From Gracilinanus agilis (taxonomy: Eukaryota): a DNA stretch of 64,000 bases. Under the pieces are notes generated by a model, which did not search any database, had not been told where the DNA came from, and was given only the letters and a program-made list of their open reading frames with translations. Positions 59,663-64,000 of the stretch are shown here, piece by piece. Both the position numbers and the translations under genes were made by a program. Numbering within the stretch: the stretch's first letter is position 1; every line of letters starts with the position of its first letter. The stretch spans positions 231,628,115 through 231,692,114 of the forward strand of contig NC_058131.1 in the NCBI RefSeq assembly GCF_016433145.1, written 5' to 3'.

Positions 59663-62600
59663 ATGGTTTTAGAGGGACAGAAAAGCCGATCTGTGAGCAG
59701 GCAAAATGGAGCCAGATCAAAGCGTGCGTCGTTTCTGGCGACTCCGTCTCCTGACTCGCAGGCCCGGAAGGCTTCAACTGCCCATCCACGAAAGGCAAGC
59801 CAGCACCAGAAGTCGTTAGAGAAGACTTTAGAGAGCCAGAGTCTAGTTAGGAAATCGCCGTGGCGTAGTGGCTCGAATATGAAAGGGGGGCTACAGACCT
59901 TGGAGGAATGGAGGCCAGAAAAGGAGTCTGCACCGCAACCTGCGAATGGAGCAGAGTCCGAGGCGAAGCCAGATTCCCAGCAAACCATCCCTATTCCGGC
60001 GCCCAAGCTTATAGCGTCTCTAGATCTGTCTACCTCAAAGCCGAAGGCTTTAGAGAGCACAGGTAATGAGACTCTGAATCAGTCGACAATGGAGAACCAG
60101 GAGAGATTGGATGATAAATTAAACTTGAGCCCGTCAGCGAAGTCGCGCTGGAGCCTGTCGCCTAAGTCGCGCGTGAGTCTGTCGCCTAAGTCGCGCGTGA
60201 GTCTGTCAGCTAAAACGCGCTTGGTCCTATCGGCCAGGTCACGCTTAGGCTTATCAGCTAAGTCGCGCTGGGGCTTATCGTCTAAGTCCTGGGGCATGGG
60301 CAGTCCAAAATCCTCAGAAGACGAGAGCGGGGAGGAAGACAGCGAGGACACCCTAAGCTCCAAGGTCTTTACTGCCACTTCCACTGGCACAAGCAAGAAA
60401 GGCTTGGGTAAAGGAGAGTTTTGCATCCTCTGTACAGGGCCCAAGCCCCCTCCCCTAGGAAGGGTCAAGAGTTCTGAGCAAGTCGGCCCTGGGCAGATCC
60501 TGGATAGGGTGCCACCTATAGGGATATACATCGACACTTGCTGGTTGCCCAGATGCTTCAGGAAGGAGGAACTGATGAAGAGTCAACTTCCTCGAGGATT
60601 TACTTCTCTGGCTTCTACCCCTGCCAGCCCTGTATACAATATCCAGCACTTTTGGGATCAACAGTTGAGTGCCCAGGGCAGGTGGGTTGGAGAGGACAAA
60701 AGGGGAAACCCTCTTCTAAGCCGATTGGGCGGGGTGAGGGTAGGGTAAGGGAAGGGGTAGCTAGGAAGAGGCTAAGGGGGAAAAGCTTTTTCTGCTCCCA
60801 GCAGGCCACCTGCCTCGGATTAAGTAGTTGGAAGGGACCTCAGTCTCTAGTGAATCCCACTCAGGAAACAAAAAACCCTCTCTACAAGATGCCCAAATAA
60901 TAATAGCCTTTGTTAGAGGACTTCCAGAGAGGGAACCATTCAATCAGTCAAAAAGCATTTATTAAGCACATATCCCATACACTGTGCTTGTCACTAGAGA
61001 TAAAAATGCAAATACAGCAATTTTCCAAAGAGCTCAAAATCTGTTGGGTGAGATGAGTACATATACAAGTCTATGCTTTGGGAATTGCTCTAATTGTTAT
61101 GAAATTATTACTTATGTTAAATCTGCCTCAGCAAGTTCCCCTTCCTTTTGGCTTCCCATTTCTCTTGGTTCTAAATTGAACAAATCTAATCTTTACCATG
61201 ATGGCTTATCAAATTGTAAAGCTATCAAGTAAGTATTCCACACTACTGATTCTTCTCCAGCCTAAAAATCCCTGGTTCCTTAAACTAATTCTCTTATGGC
61301 ATGGCTAGCTCTGTCTTCTGTCTGTTTTGTTGTCCCATCTATTCCAATCAGTGATTCCCTTTTTTGATCTTTTTCAAAATAAGGTTTAAAAATGATCCCG
61401 AGTTATGAATTCAATTTAAACTTCCTTGTCAGCCTCTGAACACTGAGTTTTACTATTACTGACTCCATTCTTACAATACTGTGGCATACTTTTGTACTCT
61501 TATAATCTCTCCTACCTACCTGGGTTTTAGCTAGTTCTAGAGGGCAAAAGCTGTGATGAATCCTCTCAAGCTAGAAAAAGTAGATTGATTGGGCAATATT
61601 GCCATCCAAGGACCAGCCTACTTAATAAGAAAACCCTTCATTAACTAAACAATCATCAACTGATGAATTTTTTGGCCATAGCAACTCATAAAACATTTGC
61701 AAAGGCACATTAGAAGTTGCAATCTGTACCAGTAGAGAACAGTCAGTAAAACTATATATTATCTTTTGAATGTAACAAAAAATGTAACTTACACTCTCCA
61801 GAATTTTTGAGAGTTGCTTGCTAATTAGGGGAGAAAGAAAAAGGCTGTGGTCTTGAGACAATGAAAGATATGAGACACTAAGTGTCATAGAAGATACGTG
61901 ACATAATGGTAATAATAGTTCACAAATAATAATGAAGGTGTAATGGACAGATAATGTGTTTCTGACTTTTTCCCTCAGGTTTTCTCAGAGTCCCAAAATT
62001 ACATTACAGAATCTGCCTCGAAATGTTACCTTCTTAACAAGCAGCAAAAGGCTACAACAGTTATTAAAGGCACAGGAAGAGTTGGATAAAAAGATGCAGA
62101 GAGAACTGACAATAAAGGCACAAGTAGAACAAGAAATGATCCAGCTGAATGGGGAACTGAACAAAGCACGAGCCCAAAGGAAGCAGCTCGTAGAAGATCA
62201 TTGCCAGATACAAAATGAAATCAAACCATTTTTAAGTGACAACCATATCCTGATGGGATACCTTCCTGACCCAACCAAGAAAACACAAGTGGCACCAATT
62301 AAGGTATGGGATCAACACACACAGCAGCAGGAGCAGATCAAACACGAACAGCAGCAGTTGGTCTCCAGTTATGAGTCCAATATATTAAATCTACAGGAGG
62401 AGCTACTGCAACTGGAGATGCTCCAAGCCCATCTGAAAAAGAAGATTCAAGGATTAAATGCCAGGAGAATAGTTCAGATGACCCAAGAGGAGCAGATCAA
62501 ATCGCTGCAAATGTTAGAACCTCTAGTCCAGAAGGAGGCAGAAGAACAGCTTCGTAGGGCACAAGGCTCTCTCATTGCAGAGTGGAGAGCACTGAAGCAT

Positions 62601-62960
62601 CAGCTGTCTGATGTAGAGCTATTGCTGGAGAAAAGTAAGATTGGGAAGTATAGCCGTATCCTGGAGCAGGCAGCAGATAAATCTATTGTGAGTTTCACCC
62701 GACACCTGCAAGGTGAGAATGAACATTTGCATAAGGAAGTAAAGCAGCTCCTTCAAGAAGCCGAGGAGGTTGAGGCCCAGCGGATTAGGCTTCGAAGGCA
62801 GAAGCAGCAGCTACAACTAGAGGAGTGTTGCCAGGAGAGTATTAAACGAGGGAGGAAGCTTAAACTCCCACGAGCTAATCCCTATCAGAAAGGACAAATC
62901 AGTCCAAAGACCATACTGGCTCCTCTCCAAAGTACCAAACCAAGGTTGAATCCATCCTAA
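59663..62960 (+). CDS. CCDC121: Coiled-coil domain-containing protein 121, long two-exon form (about 666 aa from ATG 59663; start codon uncertain)
   Basis: Exon 1 ORF ends at donor CAG|GTGGGT after 60681 (phase 2) and joins acceptor CCCTCAG| at 61978 (phase 2) in frame. Exon 2 resembles CCDC121/DUF4515 (ARAQRKQLVED, IKVWDQ, ENEHLHKEVKQLLQEA, ends TKPRLNPS). Syntenic position head-to-head with GPN1. Other in-frame ATGs at 59429, 59456, 59879, 60089. Confidence 0.72.
60131..60298 (+). repeat. Coding tandem repeat, 7 x 24 bp (LS[P/A]KSRxx)
   Basis: Units start at 60131, 60155, 60179, 60203, 60227, 60251, 60275; units 2 and 3 are identical (CTGTCGCCTAAGTCGCGCGTGAGT). Confidence 0.95.
61979..62960 (+). 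CDS. CCDC121: CCDC121 exon 2 (coiled-coil, DUF4515-like)
   Basis: 982-nt open exon, Q/E/L/K-rich coiled coil, TAA at 62958-62960. Confidence 0.92.
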
Positions 62961-64000
62961 ATGGGGAAAATATTTATTATATGTCCACCTATATAGATGT
63001 TTTTAGTTACTGTACAAAGCAACTTAAATGGGAAAAAAAAATATAAAATAACAGGCTATCAAATTACAGAATGAAGGATGAAACACAAAAGTGGCAAAAG
63101 ACCATACTGAAAAAACCTTTTTTTTGTAAAACTTTTGTTGAAAGTGACTTTTAATAGCTTATTGAAATTATTAGGGGAAGGAGTTGGGCCTTCCTCTACA
63201 GTACTATTTAATGTTTATTTCCTGGAGTTACCTGTAACTCCCTCACTCACCTCATCCTCTGATGACAAACAGCATCTTCCTGAAATCTCCTAGTACCTCA
63301 ACACTAAACTGACCAGGCTTTCCTGGCTGTTTACCAAACACTCCCTACAATGGCTCAGAAGAAGTGCAAGTCAAGCTATGGGTTGTTCATGTTTTCTTTT
63401 GGCCTCATTGTTTATCTTTCTTCAAATGATAAACTTATTTCTTTGATGGCAACCATTTATGTTGACTCTAGAATGCTAGTATAGACATTCCAAAATCTTA
63501 GGTTAGCAAATACATGTAGTCCCCACTTGTTATTTTTAATTCTTGTTGCCTTGGTCTTTACACCCATTTGTTTGAACTATTCCAACACAAACCAGGAAGT
63601 ACAAGACTTACTCAAAATGCTGTTAGCAAACCTGAAACTTGATGGTGTGAGAAGGGATTGTTATACTTGTGTGCCAAAGACCTAACAATTGCCTTTTAGC
63701 TTTTGGTTTGTCTTGATGTTCCAATGAAGCATGAACTACTCTTGAAACATGTCAACTGAAGGTCAAGAAAGTGACCTAATAGAATTCTCTATTTTCTGGT
63801 AGCATTGTTTTGATTTGATACTGAGTAGCTTATGTTTAATTTTTTATTTAAATGAGATAGTAGGTGAAAAGATGTAAGGATTGGTCTTTTTTTTAAACAA
63901 AGCTTTGCAATGGGAGAAATAATTTTCATTGTAGCATTCTAGCCAATGAAATGATTTAGGATACCTATACTACTAGGGCATTTGAGAGAAAAAGCTGTTT

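Larger units (their letters stand above)
58970..60400. promoter_or_regulatory. CpG island / bidirectional promoter of GPN1 and CCDC121
   Basis: CpG-rich. ETS-like CCGGAAAT at 59450-59457; tandem GC boxes (GGGGCGGGGCTG x2) at 59504-59527. Confidence 0.8.

Noticed and set aside
60131-60298. CRISPR-like interpretation of the 24-bp repeat
   Set aside because: Units are contiguous with no spacers, are in a coding frame, and the DNA is eukaryotic.
62961-64000. Possible ZNF512 3' UTR (expected by synteny) or CCDC121 3' UTR
   Set aside because: No coding sequence is present, and strand and poly(A) site cannot be fixed from sequence alone.

Overview
Eukaryotic (marsupial) genomic DNA. An opossum-like didelphid is inferred from the SINE family and the marsupial-type mitochondrial insert. 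The window holds four spliced protein-coding genes in the order I recall from the human 2p23 locus. SLC4A1AP/kanadaptin is on the - strand with exons 1-9, running off the left edge. SUPT7L is on the + strand, complete, 412 aa. GPN1 is on the - strand, complete, 14 exons, 381 aa. CCDC121 is on the + strand with 2 exons. There are two bidirectional CpG-island promoters (SLC4A1AP/SUPT7L and GPN1/CCDC121). Introns are dense with SINEs, L1/L2/RTE fragments, solo LTRs and two hAT MITEs. Most ORF-track entries are spurious. No wholly new multi-gene system is evident. The most notable observations are: (1) a greatly extended, basic Ser/Arg/Lys-rich CCDC121 exon 1 with an 8-aa tandem repeat that overlaps the GPN1 promoter; (2) an orphan genomic duplicate of SLC4A1AP exon 9, 31.7 kb from the original; (3) a 1.37-kb NUMT (ND1-Ile-Gln-Met-ND2) that splits a SINE inside SUPT7L; (4) a U12-type intron in GPN1; (5) a multi-frame SUPT7L leader (uORF or N-terminal extensions); (6) serial retro-insertions into one target site. 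Exon boundaries were read by hand. Repeat boundaries are approximate unless a TSD is quoted, and family names come from recognition, not a database search.
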